Below are positions 17,637 to 27,745 of a stretch of 64,000 bases of DNA, in pieces; within the stretch, counting starts at the first letter, position 1, and the number at the start of each line of letters is the position of its first letter. The stretch spans positions 2,279,369-2,343,368 of the forward strand of contig OZ244621.1 in the NCBI GenBank assembly GCA_965218425.1. Reading direction: 5' to 3'. The notes beneath the pieces are model-generated. The model searched no databases. It had not been told where the DNA came from and was given only the letters and a program-made list of their open reading frames with translations. The translations under genes were made by a program, and so were the position numbers. The DNA is from an uncultured Candidatus Binatia bacterium (lineage in GTDB: Bacteria > Desulfobacterota > Binatia > UBA9968 > CAXXLF01).

Positions 17637-20633
17637 TCAGGCCTCGGGCCGTTCGTACGTCAGACCGAACACCGTGTCCGTCATCCAACGCCGAAAAGAC
17701 TCGTTGTCCATGAACTGCTTGAAAAGCTCGGTGTCGTCCTTGAGCACGGCCGTCATCACGCGCGCCAATGCCTTATCGTGCTCGATACGGGCGTTCTGCT
17801 TGTCGGAGTTCCGCTTCGCGTTCCGGTAGGCCGTGTCCGCCGCGACGCGATTCGGGATGTCCTCGGTGATCAGCCTGTGCACCCGGTCCGAGTCGGTCCA
17901 CCGGATATTCCCGAACATCTCGTTGAAGGTCTTGAGGATGTTCGAGAGGCGGTCGAGTTCGGGTTCAGGTTTACGGCCGCCGCCGCCGGCCGGCACCGGC
18001 CCGATCTCGGCTTCCTCGTCCGGCAGTCGGACCTGCATCGCCGCCTTCTTCTCGACCCGGTAGCTGTCCATGTCGATGGACTCAAGGATGCCTCTGGACA
18101 GATCCTCTTCCACGGGCGCGGGGAGCTTCGGCACGAGGAAGTTCAGGAAGATGGAGAGCCTCTCCCACTCGGCGTTCGTGTAGGGCAGGATAGCGGCGAG
18201 GAAGTCGTACGCGCGCCCGAACGCCTTGGCCTTGCCCTTGAAGTCCACCTGCCCGTCCTCGTCGAGCTGCTCCCTGTAATGCGCAACGCAGGCGTCGAGG
18301 ATGGGGTCGAGCCGGTCGCGGTCGGCCCCACCGAGGTAGAGCGTCACGAGCCGGTCGATCTCCGCGTCGGCATAGACCTGGTAGCCGTCGAGGGCGGCCT
18401 TGAGGTCGTGCAGCTTGTTGGGATCGGTCTCCTCGCTCAGGATCGTCGTCCGGTAGTAGTCGGCGAACGCCGCTTGGATGGTGTTGGCATCGTTCATGAA
18501 GTCGAGGACGAACACGTCGTGTTTCTGCGGGTGCGCCCGGTTGAGACGCGACAGCGTCTGGACCGCCTTGATCCCGGACAGGACCTTGTCCACGTACATC
18601 GTGTGCAACAGCGGCTCGTCGTACCCGGTCTGGAACTTGTCGGCGCAAATGAGGAACCGATACGGGTCCTGCCGGATCTCGTCGGCGATCCGCCCGGGCG
18701 GGAAGCCGTTGAGGGACGCCTCACTGACCTTACCCCCGCCATACTCGTGCTCGCCCGAGAAGGCCACGATGGCCTGATACGGGCTCCTGCGCTCCAGGAG
18801 GTACTGCCGGATCGCGTGGTAATACTGGACCGCGCGCTCGATGCCGCCCGTCACCACCATCGCGCGGGCCTTGCCGCCGATCTTGTGGAGCGCCAGCACC
18901 TGTTCGTGGAAGTGGTCCACCATGATCTCGGCCTTGAGCCGGACGGCATGGTCGTGGCTCTCGACGTAGCGGCGCAGCTTCTTGCGGGCGCGCTTGGTGT
19001 CGAACTCGGGATCACCCTCGATCTTCTTGACGAGCTTGTAGTAGCTCTCGACCGGCGTGTAGCGCCCGAGCACGTCCAGGATGAAGCCCTCCTGGATCGC
19101 CTGCTTCATGGTGTAGCCGTGGAACGGTCGGCGCCTGGTCTTCCCGCCCGCGTCGTACGCTTCGCCGAAGGTCTCCAGCGTCTTGTTCTTGGGCGTGGCG
19201 GTGAAGGCGAAGTAGCTCGCGTTCGTGAGGAGCTTCCGCGCGTCCATGATGCGGTTGATCATGTCCTCGGCGGTCTCGTCCTCCTCCTCGGCGCCCGCCT
19301 CGGAGAGCGCCATGTTGAGCGCTGCCGAGGTCCTGCCGCCCTGGCTGGAATGCGCCTCGTCGATGATGATGGCGAAGCGCCGGCCCCGCTGCTCGTTCCC
19401 GATCTCTTCGAGGATGAACGGGAACTTCTGCACCGTCGAGATGATGATCTTCTTGCCGCTCTCGATAAACGCGCGGAGGTCGCCCGAGCGTTCGGCGTGA
19501 CCGACGGTGGCCCCGACCTGGGCGAACTGCTTGACCGTGTCGCGGATCTGCTTGTCGAGGATGCGCCGGTCGGTTACCACGATGATGGAGTCGAACGCCT
19601 CCGCGCCGTCTTTCCTGAGCCCGATCAACTGGTGGGCGAGCCAGGCGATGGAGTTGGACTTCCCGCTGCCGGCCGAGTGCTCGATGAGATACCGTTTCCC
19701 TGCGTCGTGCCGGCCGACGTCCGCCAAGAGGTTCCGCACCACGTCGAGCTGGTGGTAGCGCGGCCAGATCTGCACCGCACTCCTCTTGCCCGTCTTCTCA
19801 TCCTTGGCCTCGACGACCTGCGCATAGTTCTCCAGGATGTCGGTCAGCCCGTTGCGGGTAAGCAGGCGCTTCCAGAGGTAGTCGGTCTTGAGGCCGTTCG
19901 GGTTGGGCGGATTGCCCGCGCCGTCGTTCCAGCCCAGGTTGAAGGGCAGGAACCACGAACCCTTGCCCTTGAGGTGCGTGCAGAACCGCACCTCGTGGTC
20001 GTCCACCGCGAAGTGCGCCACGCAGCGGCCAAACTCGAAGAGCTTCTCGCGCGGGTCGCGGTCGCGTTTGTATTGCTGGACGGCGTCCTCGACAGTCTGC
20101 TTGGTGAGGCTGTTCTTCAGCTCGAAGGTGGCTACCGGCAGGCCGTTGATGAACAGGCCCAGGTCGAGAGCGAGCTGCGTCTCGTCGCGGCTGTAGCGGA
20201 GCTGGCGCGTGACCGAGAAGCGGTTCTGGGCGTAGCGTTCAGCGGCGAGGGGGTTGCCGGGAGACGGCGCGCCGTAGAAGAGTTCGGCGTGATGCGGCCC
20301 GTCCTTGACCCCCTTGCGGAGCACGTCGATGACGCCGCGCTTGCCGACCTCGCCTTGAAGACGCGCCAGGAACTTGCGCCGCGTCGGGCCGTCCTCTTCC
20401 AGGGCGAGCACCTCGGACGCCTTCGGTTGCGTCTCCCGCAGGAACTCCGAGAGCTGGACCAGGTCCACGCAATACTCCCGGTCGTAGTCGTTCGGGTTGC
20501 CGCAGATCCAGCCGGCGCCATAGGCGGCCGGACGCTCGCGCACCACGCCCGCTTGCGCCGGATCGCAGGGGGCTCCCGTCAGAGCCGCGCAGATGAGGCT
20601 TTCAAGTCCCTTCTCGCCGGTGTCGGTGGTCAC
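17637..20633 (-). CDS. hsdR: type I restriction-modification system endonuclease subunit R (HsdR)
   Basis: 998 aa; N-terminal endonuclease region, helicase motif I (HSAGSGKSNSIAW), DEAH box (IIDEAHSSQ), motif VI region; full length for the family. Confidence 0.9.
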   Translation of the reverse strand: MTTDTGEKGLESLICAALTGAPCDPAQAGVVRERPAAYGAGWICGNPNDYDREYCVDLVQLSEFLRETQPKASEVLALEEDGPTRRKFLARLQGEVGKRGVIDVLRKGVKDGPHHAELFYGAPSPGNPLAAERYAQNRFSVTRQLRYSRDETQLALDLGLFINGLPVATFELKNSLTKQTVEDAVQQYKRDRDPREKLFEFGRCVAHFAVDDHEVRFCTHLKGKGSWFLPFNLGWNDGAGNPPNPNGLKTDYLWKRLLTRNGLTDILENYAQVVEAKDEKTGKRSAVQIWPRYHQLDVVRNLLADVGRHDAGKRYLIEHSAGSGKSNSIAWLAHQLIGLRKDGAEAFDSIIVVTDRRILDKQIRDTVKQFAQVGATVGHAERSGDLRAFIESGKKIIISTVQKFPFILEEIGNEQRGRRFAIIIDEAHSSQGGRTSAALNMALSEAGAEEEDETAEDMINRIMDARKLLTNASYFAFTATPKNKTLETFGEAYDAGGKTRRRPFHGYTMKQAIQEGFILDVLGRYTPVESYYKLVKKIEGDPEFDTKRARKKLRRYVESHDHAVRLKAEIMVDHFHEQVLALHKIGGKARAMVVTGGIERAVQYYHAIRQYLLERRSPYQAIVAFSGEHEYGGGKVSEASLNGFPPGRIADEIRQDPYRFLICADKFQTGYDEPLLHTMYVDKVLSGIKAVQTLSRLNRAHPQKHDVFVLDFMNDANTIQAAFADYYRTTILSEETDPNKLHDLKAALDGYQVYADAEIDRLVTLYLGGADRDRLDPILDACVAHYREQLDEDGQVDFKGKAKAFGRAYDFLAAILPYTNAEWERLSIFLNFLVPKLPAPVEEDLSRGILESIDMDSYRVEKKAAMQVRLPDEEAEIGPVPAGGGGRKPEPELDRLSNILKTFNEMFGNIRWTDSDRVHRLITEDIPNRVAADTAYRNAKRNSDKQNARIEHDKALARVMTAVLKDDTELFKQFMDNESFRRWMTDTVFGLTYERPEA

Positions 20634-20651
20634 GCTATCCCTCTTCCATCT

Positions 20652-20969
20652 TCAGATCGGGACCTCTCTCAGTTCACCGGGGCGTATTTCGTCAAGGACA
20701 GTGCGATTCTCTTCTATCCGCGGCTGGATATAGGGCCATGCCGTGGACAGCAGGACGACAATCGCCAGTCGCCTATCTGTGAGATTCCGCTGGTATCGCA
20801 TATTCTGGTCAGTGGTGATGAGGACTTCGTAGCCTTCCTGCTCGGCCTCCTCAACCAAGTCTCCATTTCCGAGTCCTGACTATCCTTGCTCCGCTGCCGT
20901 ATCCACCGAGTGTCCGTGCAGATGCCCTCGAAGCGGCTTAGGCGTTCCCTGGTCGAATAGAATCTTCAC
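20652..20969 (-). pseudogene. DUF5615-family (PIN-like, toxin-like) gene with premature in-frame TAG
   Basis: Minus-strand translation from a GTG overlapping the DUF433 stop: (M)KILFDQGTPKPLRGHLHGHSVDTAAEQG-TAG-SGLGNGDLVEEAEQEGYEVLITTDQNMRYQRNLTDRRLAIVVL... matches DUF5615. The TAG at 20880-20882 falls where family members carry a conserved Trp (TGG). The supplied ORF track lists the distal part as '+', but the + strand there encodes only the antisense read-through of hsdR. Confidence 0.65.
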
Positions 20970-21193
20970 GGTTCTACGGAAACTTTGAGGGACTTTGCCG
21001 CGTGTTCGAGAACGGCTCTGACCTTCCATTCCTCCACGCCCTCGAACCAATCCAGGAACTGTTCTATCGTGGCGCCGCTCTCAAGGTTCTCGAAGAGGGC
21101 AGATACGGGCACTCTGGTTCCGGTGAACACCCAGGCTCCACTAAGCCTGCCGGGTACGCTTTCGACTGCCGGGCACTTTCCCCAGTCCGTCAT
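20966..21193 (-). CDS. DUF433-family protein (antitoxin-like partner of DUF5615)
   Basis: MTDWGKCPAVESVPGRLSGAWVFTGTRVPVSALFENLESGATIEQFLDWFEGV is a typical DUF433 sequence; the gene is immediately upstream of, and translationally coupled to, the DUF5615 gene. Confidence 0.75.
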   Translation of the reverse strand: MTDWGKCPAVESVPGRLSGAWVFTGTRVPVSALFENLESGATIEQFLDWFEGVEEWKVRAVLEHAAKSLKVSVEP

Positions 21194-21996
21194 ACCGTCA
21201 CCTCGGCAGGAGGGTGTAGGTTTCTATCTACACGGTCTGTCAATGGGCCGTCTTCCTCTGACGAGTCCTGCTCGTCCGCCTCATCGGGCAACCGTGCCGC
21301 CGCTTCGCGAACGTCGAGCTTGCCGGTGACCACGTCGGCGATGAGGCGGGTGCGGTACTCGCGGAGGAGGTTGATTTGGTGCTGGGCGCGGTCAATAGCA
21401 ACGTCGATAATGGCGGCAGCTTTGTCGAGATACGTAACGATGGCGGCTTGTTCGGGGAGGGGGGGTAAAGCAAGGATGAGAGCTTTGACCATGCCCGAGT
21501 TAAGCCCGCGCATGATCGAACCCTTCCCCGCAACCGCGATCTGCTTCTTCACATAGGTGGACTCGTCAATAAGCCGCGAGGCGAATCTGACATTGATGCT
21601 AACGTCAGTTCGCAATCGAAGGAGATGCGAATCCATGATACCCATGGGGGCATCGTCAGGAACATAGGTACACCTTCCGGTTGTTCCCATCATCGTCACC
21701 AACAGATCATTTGGGAGCACTTTGCAAGCGGATAGTTCGTTGAATTTCTCTTGGTCGACGAATTTCGTGCCGCGATCAAAGTCCCTGGCAATGACGTTGG
21801 CCTGGCCGTACACTTTGTAACCCGATGGTGACATCTGTTCGAGCTTCAGTTGGCTGCCGAAAGGGCCGATCTTAATCCCGTCATAAGTGCGGAGCTTTCG
21901 GCGAAGTGCGTCAACCTCCCAATGCACTGGAACCTCGCCCAGCCATGGCACGCCAGAGTCCTTCATCGCGGGGTAGGGCTTGAGATCGGCGATCAT
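21190..21996 (-). CDS. hsdS: type I R-M specificity subunit HsdS, half-size (single target-recognition domain plus conserved C-terminal coiled-coil)
   Basis: N-terminal conserved MKDSGVPWLGEVPVHWEV, one TRD, C-terminal LLREYRTRLIADVVTGKLDVREAAARLP. ~268 aa (full-size HsdS ~400-470). Confidence 0.7.
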   Translation of the reverse strand: MIADLKPYPAMKDSGVPWLGEVPVHWEVDALRRKLRTYDGIKIGPFGSQLKLEQMSPSGYKVYGQANVIARDFDRGTKFVDQEKFNELSACKVLPNDLLVTMMGTTGRCTYVPDDAPMGIMDSHLLRLRTDVSINVRFASRLIDESTYVKKQIAVAGKGSIMRGLNSGMVKALILALPPLPEQAAIVTYLDKAAAIIDVAIDRAQHQINLLREYRTRLIADVVTGKLDVREAAARLPDEADEQDSSEEDGPLTDRVDRNLHPPAEVTV

Positions 21997-22127
21997 GCTT
22001 CAGCCTCTCTGTTACCCATTTGCTTTTCGAAGGCTTGGCGCACGAGGCCCATCACGTAAGGCGGTTCGTCCGGCGTGCTCAAGACTACCTCCACGTCGCC
22101 GTTTCCACTGTGACCGATTCCCGTCAT
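21993..22127 (-). CDS. small hypothetical ORF (44 aa) overlapping the hsdS start (ATGA)
   Basis: MTGIGHSGNGDVEVVLSTPDEPPYVMGLVRQAFEKQMGNREAEA; coupling geometry only; could be a remnant of the upstream truncated gene. Confidence 0.2.
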   Translation of the reverse strand: MTGIGHSGNGDVEVVLSTPDEPPYVMGLVRQAFEKQMGNREAEA

Positions 22128-22321
22128 ATCCCGAGCCTGACCCCTGGGACTGGTTGCATTTCATTGCGCCTGCATCGCGCTGCGTAGGCATTGAAGTTCT
22201 CCGGAAAAGCGCGTTTGAACTGAAGCGCAATTCCGCGCCCCATGACCCCGACGCAGTTGACGGTATTGACCAGAGCTTCGGCTTCTTCGGCGAGGATGTC
22301 GCCGGTCTTGTATTCGATCAT
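22124..22321 (-). pseudogene. darG: DarG-like macrodomain (ADP-ribosyl glycohydrolase antitoxin) N-terminal fragment
   Basis: MIEYKTGDILAEEAEALVNTVNCVGVMGRGIALQFKRAFPENFNAYAARCRRNEM matches the N-terminal macrodomain of DarG antitoxins. ORF stops after 65 aa (full length ~340 aa); no DarT toxin gene nearby. Confidence 0.6.
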
Positions 22322-22454
22322 GGCCTTTCCCCTTCCTCGTCAGTAATACCACTCTTTCTTGATTTCAACAGGAGATCGTTCTCGGGAATGATAGAAGGCA
22401 GACGGTCTACATGGACGATGTGGTAGATCTTGGGATCGGCGGGTACCGGCATGG

Positions 22455-22891
22455 TCAGTACTCGGCATCCGACAGTTCGACATCTTGGTCAATGGGTTCG
22501 CGCCATTCCTCAAACTCATCGACTGGCTCCGGTCCCTCGACCTCGTCCGGGAGTCTTGCCGCCGCCTCGCGCACATCGAGCTTGCCGGTGACAATATCGG
22601 CGATGAGTCGGGTGCGGTATTCGCGGAGAAGGGCAAGTTCGCCGTGCGAGAGGTCAATAGCACGCCGTGCGTCTGCCGACTCTTTGCCGACGACCTCGAC
22701 GATAGTGCGCTGCTCCTCCTGTGGCGGACACAGCAACTTGATACGAAGGAACTCCTCCGGGTACATCCTCAGTCGTGACGAGCGGATACCCGTTGACCGG
22801 CGGATGTACTCGCTCTTATATGACGCCGTACGCAGCAGGAGATCAGCGTACTCGGCAAGCAGTCTCGAAGAGCGGTGTGGTTGGTAGACAG
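22455..22891 (-). pseudogene. hsdS: hsdS C-terminal portion, separated from its N-terminal portion by an IS3-family insertion
   Basis: Translation from the IS boundary reads ...YQPHRSSRLLAEYADLLL...LLREYRTRLIADIVTGKLDVREAAARLPDE (HsdS TRD2 plus C-terminal repeat). Joining 24160.. to ..22887 restores a continuous reading ...GIVSPSYAV-YQPHRS... Confidence 0.8.
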
Positions 22892-24159
22892 TGACCTTGC
22901 CCCCTAAAACGAGTCCAGGTGAAATGTTAGGGATTTTGATTTTAGGAAGGAGGCAAGGATGGCAAGAAAGCGATTTACGGCCGAGCAGATTATCCTCAAG
23001 CTGCGTGAGGCGGAGGTGAGCTTGGCCCAAGGGAAGGCGGTGGGCCAGGTGTGCAAGCAGGTGGGGGTAACCGTGCAGACCTACTACCGGTGGAGGAAGG
23101 AATATGGAGGCCTGAAGATGGATCAGGCCAAGAGGCTCAAGGCCTTGGACAAGGAGAATGCGCGGTTGAAGAAGCTGGTGGCGGATCTATCGCTGGACAA
23201 CCAGATCCTGAAGGAAGTGTCCTCGGGAAACTTCTAGGCCCGGCGAAGAGGAGACGAGCGGTGATATGGGCCAGAGAAAGATTGGGACCTGATCGAGTCT
23301 CCGAACGCCGGGCTTGCCAAGTGTTGGGACAGCCGCGATCGACGCAACGAAGAGTCCGAGAGATCCCGGAAGAGGAAGCAAGACTAGTGGCTCGGATGAT
23401 GGAGCTGGCCAGCGAATACGGGCGATACGGCTACCGGAGGATTACGGCCATGCTGCGTGGGGAGGGGTGGAAGGTCAACCACAAGCGAGTGGAGAGGCTC
23501 TGGAGGCAGGAAGGGCTGAAAGTCCTCAGCCGTCAGCCTAAGCGAGGGAGGCTCCGGTTGACTGATGGCTCCTGCATTCGCCTGAGACCGGCGCATCGAA
23601 ACCATGTGTGGAGTTATGACTTCGTGCACGAGCGAACCGAAGACGGTCGGGCCTTTCGGCTGTTGAGCATCCTGGATGAATACACCCGGGAGTGCTTGGC
23701 GATTGATGTGGCCAGACGGATGAATCACCGGGATGTGCTGGAACGGTTAGCGGAGCTATTCGTGGAACGGGGCGTGCCGCAGTCCCTTCGGTCCGACAAT
23801 GGCCCCGAGTTTACGGCTCAGGCTATCCGGGACTGGCTCAAGGCCATTGGTGTCAGGACACTCTACATCGAGCCTGGCAGTCCTTGGGAGAATGGCTACG
23901 TGGAGAGTTTTAACGGAAAACTCAGGGATGAGCTGCTCAACCGGGAGGTGTTTGAAACCCTGAGGGAAGCTCAGGTGCTGATCGAAAGATGGAGAAGAGA
24001 GTATAACCAGCGGCGGCCTCACAGCGCCCTGGGCTATCGTTCTCCGGCACCGGAGGCCTTTCTGCCCAGAGCGCAGGCTGGGAATTCATCCCCATGGGCT
24101 GGACTCCAGATAATTCCGGCTCTAACTTAAAGGGTGGTACCACTCCTGGGGGCAGGTCA
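22892..24159 (+). mobile_element. IS3-family insertion sequence (orfA HTH plus orfB DDE integrase), 1268 bp, imperfect terminal IRs TGACCTTGCCCCC / GGGGGCAGGTCA, 4-bp target-site duplication ACAG
   Basis: orfA 22959..23237 ([20 protein letters not shown]...[18 protein letters not shown]); overlapping orfB 23051..24130 in the -1 frame with the DDE core (…[10 protein letters not shown]…DNGPEFT…[20 protein letters not shown]…). TSD ACAG at 22888-22891 and 24160-24163. Confidence 0.85.
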
Positions 24160-25154
24160 ACAGCATACGAGGGGCTGACTATTCCAGTCTGCCTAGCAAC
24201 GCCCAGAGCGCCCATCCAAGCCCACATCGTATTGATGACCAGATCGCCGGGCCTACACAACTTGTGCCCGACGTTCGACACCGCCATAAACATCGTGATG
24301 TTCTTCTCACTTCGCGGCGTTACTCCGGTAATGTGAGACACGGACAGCAATTCCTCTGAGCCGGTCTCAGAGCGCTCATCCGTTTCCCGGAAGCACCATT
24401 TCGCTGGCCTTATTTCCCAATGCGCCGGCACCTTTCCCAGCCACTCAACGCCGGAGTCCTTGTAGGCCGGGTAGGGCTGGCCGGTGCAGATGTCCACTTG
24501 GCCCGTGACGGCGCGGTGGATGATGGCCTGCTTCTGCTCCTCCAGCAACTTGATCAGCTTCTGCTTGGCGCGGATGTAGCGCCGGATGCGCCGGTCGGCG
24601 TGGTCGAGGAAGCGGACGATGGCAGCCTGTTCGGGGAGGGGGGGGATAACTGTTCTAATCTCTCGGATTTCACTTTCACTAATAGCGGGTACTGGCCCTG
24701 GTTTCGCAATTGTTGCTAAATCAAGGTGCTCCAGCAGCAACAAGACGAACTGCGGGTTGCCACGACGGACGATGCAGCCCATCAGATTGTTGTCTATACA
24801 GCATGGACGCTCGACCACTCGCCTCTTGTTGGTCAATAGTGCCCCGCCAACTTTAGGGAACACGATTGTTCTAGACGGGAAAATGTTTGCGCCAAGTCTT
24901 GATGCGGTACTACGAGCAACGGAGTTATTCCAACTCCCCATCACTCTGTCGTTATTGGGAAGGTTCATATCGGAGACTTTGAAAAACGGCAGTTCCAGGT
25001 TCTGTTGGCCTTGTTCCAAAATTGGAAATCCAGCTCCGCTACTGAAATGCCCTAACCGCTTCAAGGCTATCACTTCCCAATGCGACGGCACATCACCGAG
25101 CCACTCGACACCGGAGGGCTTGTAGGCGGGGTGAGAGTGGATTCTGGCAGTCAT
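24160..25154 (-). pseudogene. hsdS: hsdS N-terminal portion (TRD1 plus central conserved region plus start of TRD2), interrupted by the IS3 element
   Basis: MTARIHSHPAYKPSGVEWLGDVPSHWEV...PLPEQAAIVRFLD...KQKLIKLLEEQKQAIIHRAVTGQVD...YKDSGVEWLGKVPAHWEI...GIVSPSYAV then runs into IS sequence. Confidence 0.8.
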
Positions 25155-27743
25155 GTGAGACCTGCACTTTGCACCGGGACACGAACGGCCAGCCGGTCTC
25201 TCACTTCCTGGTAGATTGGAATGTTGATTCCTTCGGCAACTTCCAGCGTCACGGCCAAGCCGAACCGTATCGGAGCAGGTATATCACTGGCATCGGCACG
25301 ACAGTTGACTTTGATCGCAATGGTGTCCCCGTCCTGGAAGGCCACCGCCCTAGCACCTTCAAGAACCTCGTGCTGAACCGTGCTTCTTTGGACCGCAAAG
25401 CCGTCGGCGCAAACGCGGTCGGGTGCTATATCGTATTTGGGATTGAACCAAAGGTGAGCGATCCGATAGTTCTGACTGGTACTGCTAACCGGAGAGATCC
25501 ATGCGAGCGTAATTGTCAAACGCCTGCGCTCGTTCACAGCTGACAGGCTGGGTGGCAGTGGAAGGATGAACTCAGCTCCTTCGCCATCGCTGAGTTCGCC
25601 AAACCCCAACACCGTGACGCGTTGCTCCGTGCCAGCCATGACCTTCGCGAGATCGACCGAGCCGTATCCCAAGAACCGTCCGAGGTACTCCTTGAGGACT
25701 CGGCTATTTTGGGCGTTCTTCAGGGCGGACTCGTATCGGAATCTAGCATCTGCCCAGTCTGCGCTGTGCACAAGAAGTGCTTTGATCAAAACCACGTCGA
25801 AGTCCGTGGGCAGGGGCGTGTCTAGTTGCCGGCGGAGTTGCTCGATCAGTTCATAAAGAAAGTATGCACCGCGTGCAGCAAGAGCCGCGGCATCGCTTGT
25901 GCCTCTTGTGTGCATTTTTCGGTTCAACTGCCCCGCGTTACCGGGAGTAGCAACGCAGTGTCCAGGAGGGCTAGTAAACCCGTTGGCCTGCAGAGTGGCC
26001 TTGGTATGAGGTAGTTCCCATCTTCTCGCCCAGGAACTGCCTTCCGCCTGGCAGGAAAACATCGGGCTTAATAGCGCGCCGGTATCCTGGTCCATGAGCG
26101 CTGATCACGTTCGGTAAATCTGTCCCTACAAAAGGGTCGATCAGGCGGTTCAGCGAGGGGGATGACGCATCTGCATGTACTGCCCCAATTGTGAGGCCGT
26201 TCAGCGTCTCGGCAGGTGATAACAGCCGCCGGTTACGCGTGTCCATCGCAAGCGCCTTTACCACAGCTCGTTCCCGTTCTTCGGCTGTTAGGGTGCTTAG
26301 GTCAGACCTTGGAAGGTCCAACTCAATATCCTGGAGATGATTGCCTGCACTGACTATGAACAGGATGTTGTACTTCCATGAAAGCCAGTCCAGGAGTCGC
26401 GCCCAGGAACTCATCTCACGGATAAGAGGACGCGTTTGATCGCATATGGACAGATTGATAATGCGAACGCTGAGTGCTGCTGGTGGCTCACCGTTTTCGG
26501 TCTCGTATAATCTCCGCACCGACCTATGGATCAGGTCTATTGGCAGCACATTCGTGGGTATGGCTTCCTCGATGAATCGCCCGGTAGAGTCGCGTCGGGG
26601 TTGCATGACCGGTCTCGTGTACAGCGGTTTTCCTGTCGCATCGCCGTGTTCATTGAGGTCTCCATGACAGATAAGTGATGTCATTGCGGTGCCATGCACA
26701 CGCTCGTGTGCCTGGTAGGCGTTCTCGTAACCATCCGGATCGTCGATGATCAACCGTCCGTCGAGCAGTTGGTGTCCCGTCAGAGGCATGCCGTCGAACA
26801 AGGCCACGACGGGGTCTCCCTGGGGCAGCTCTGGCTTCGGCTCATCCTGAAGAGAATCCGTCTCCTCAGAATCTTCGGACATACGAATCGCGCACTGCCC
26901 GACCGGACGCAGGTGCATTATGTCTTCGCACTGAAGCAACCTAACCTCCTGGAAGGCATGGAGTCGGTCGATGATATCCTGGACTCGGGTTCGGTGTAGT
27001 CGTCCCAGAACGGCATGGTAAGCAATGTCAGGAATGACACATTGCTGGATCACTTCACCGTTCAAGGACGCGATAATTTCGCGAATATTGGATTCAGCCT
27101 GTTCTGGGCGTCTGTCATCCGCCCTGAACCATAACTCGATTTCGAAAGGAACGTTTTCTTGTCCGTACTGTAGGCGATCCTGCCAATCCTCCATGAGGCC
27201 GGTCTCCCGAATCCGATCCTCTGCGTCCCACGGCCGTATGGTATGGAGGCATTCGAATGCGTGTTTCCATGGAGCCAAGCCCCTGGCAAACTTCGTGTTA
27301 CGATTCTTCCGCCACTCTCGAAATAAGTTATACAATTCCTGTAACGCCTGCAGGTCAGTCATTACAAGGAAGAGTTGGCCTTTCAGTTGCTTGTCCGGAC
27401 TCTTCTCATCCTCGAAGCCGTAGTCGGGAGAAATGTCGTCGAGTTCGTATTCAGCTAACCACTCCAACCCCGACACCTTTTCCACCGCTCGGATAAAGTT
27501 CTGTATTGAGCCAATGGTTTCAATCACCAGGACCTGTTCAGGTTGAAGGCCAAGAGGATGATCCTGAAGGGCAAGGCGTTTTTTTTCCATGTTCTCTTGA
27601 AGGCGTTGGAACTGCGGCTCCAGCCGTTCTGCCTGTCGTGATGCGTCCGGGATACTAACTTTCCCTCCGCCTCCACCACGTTTAGCGCGTTCAGTGCGGG
27701 CCGGTTCAGAAAAGACAAGAAGCGGAAGGTTGGTCTCGGCCAT
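25151..27743 (-). pseudogene. ietS: IetS-like S8 (subtilisin-family) serine peptidase, catalytic residues split across two overlapping frames
   Basis: ORF 25971..27743 carries the Asp (VALFDGMP), His (HGTAMTSL) and Asn (SAGN) motifs. ORF 25151..26095, in another frame and overlapping by ~125 nt, carries the Ser motif (GTSDAAALA). A single original gene of ~860 aa is implied, split by a frameshift or by a sequencing error. Confidence 0.6.
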
Positions 27744-27745
27744 GA

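Noticed and set aside
20652-20858. Plus-strand assignment of the 68-aa ORF MVEEAEQEGYEVLITTDQNMRYQ… in the supplied track
   Set aside because: Direct translation shows this peptide is encoded on the minus strand. The plus strand across these coordinates yields only the tail of the hsdR-antisense ORF, so the feature is reported on '-' as part of the DUF5615 pseudogene.
17595-20879. 1094-aa plus-strand ORF
   Set aside because: Antisense to hsdR; low-complexity Arg/Val/Leu/Gly-rich translation typical of high-GC antisense read-through; the real gene is the minus-strand HsdR with clear helicase motifs.
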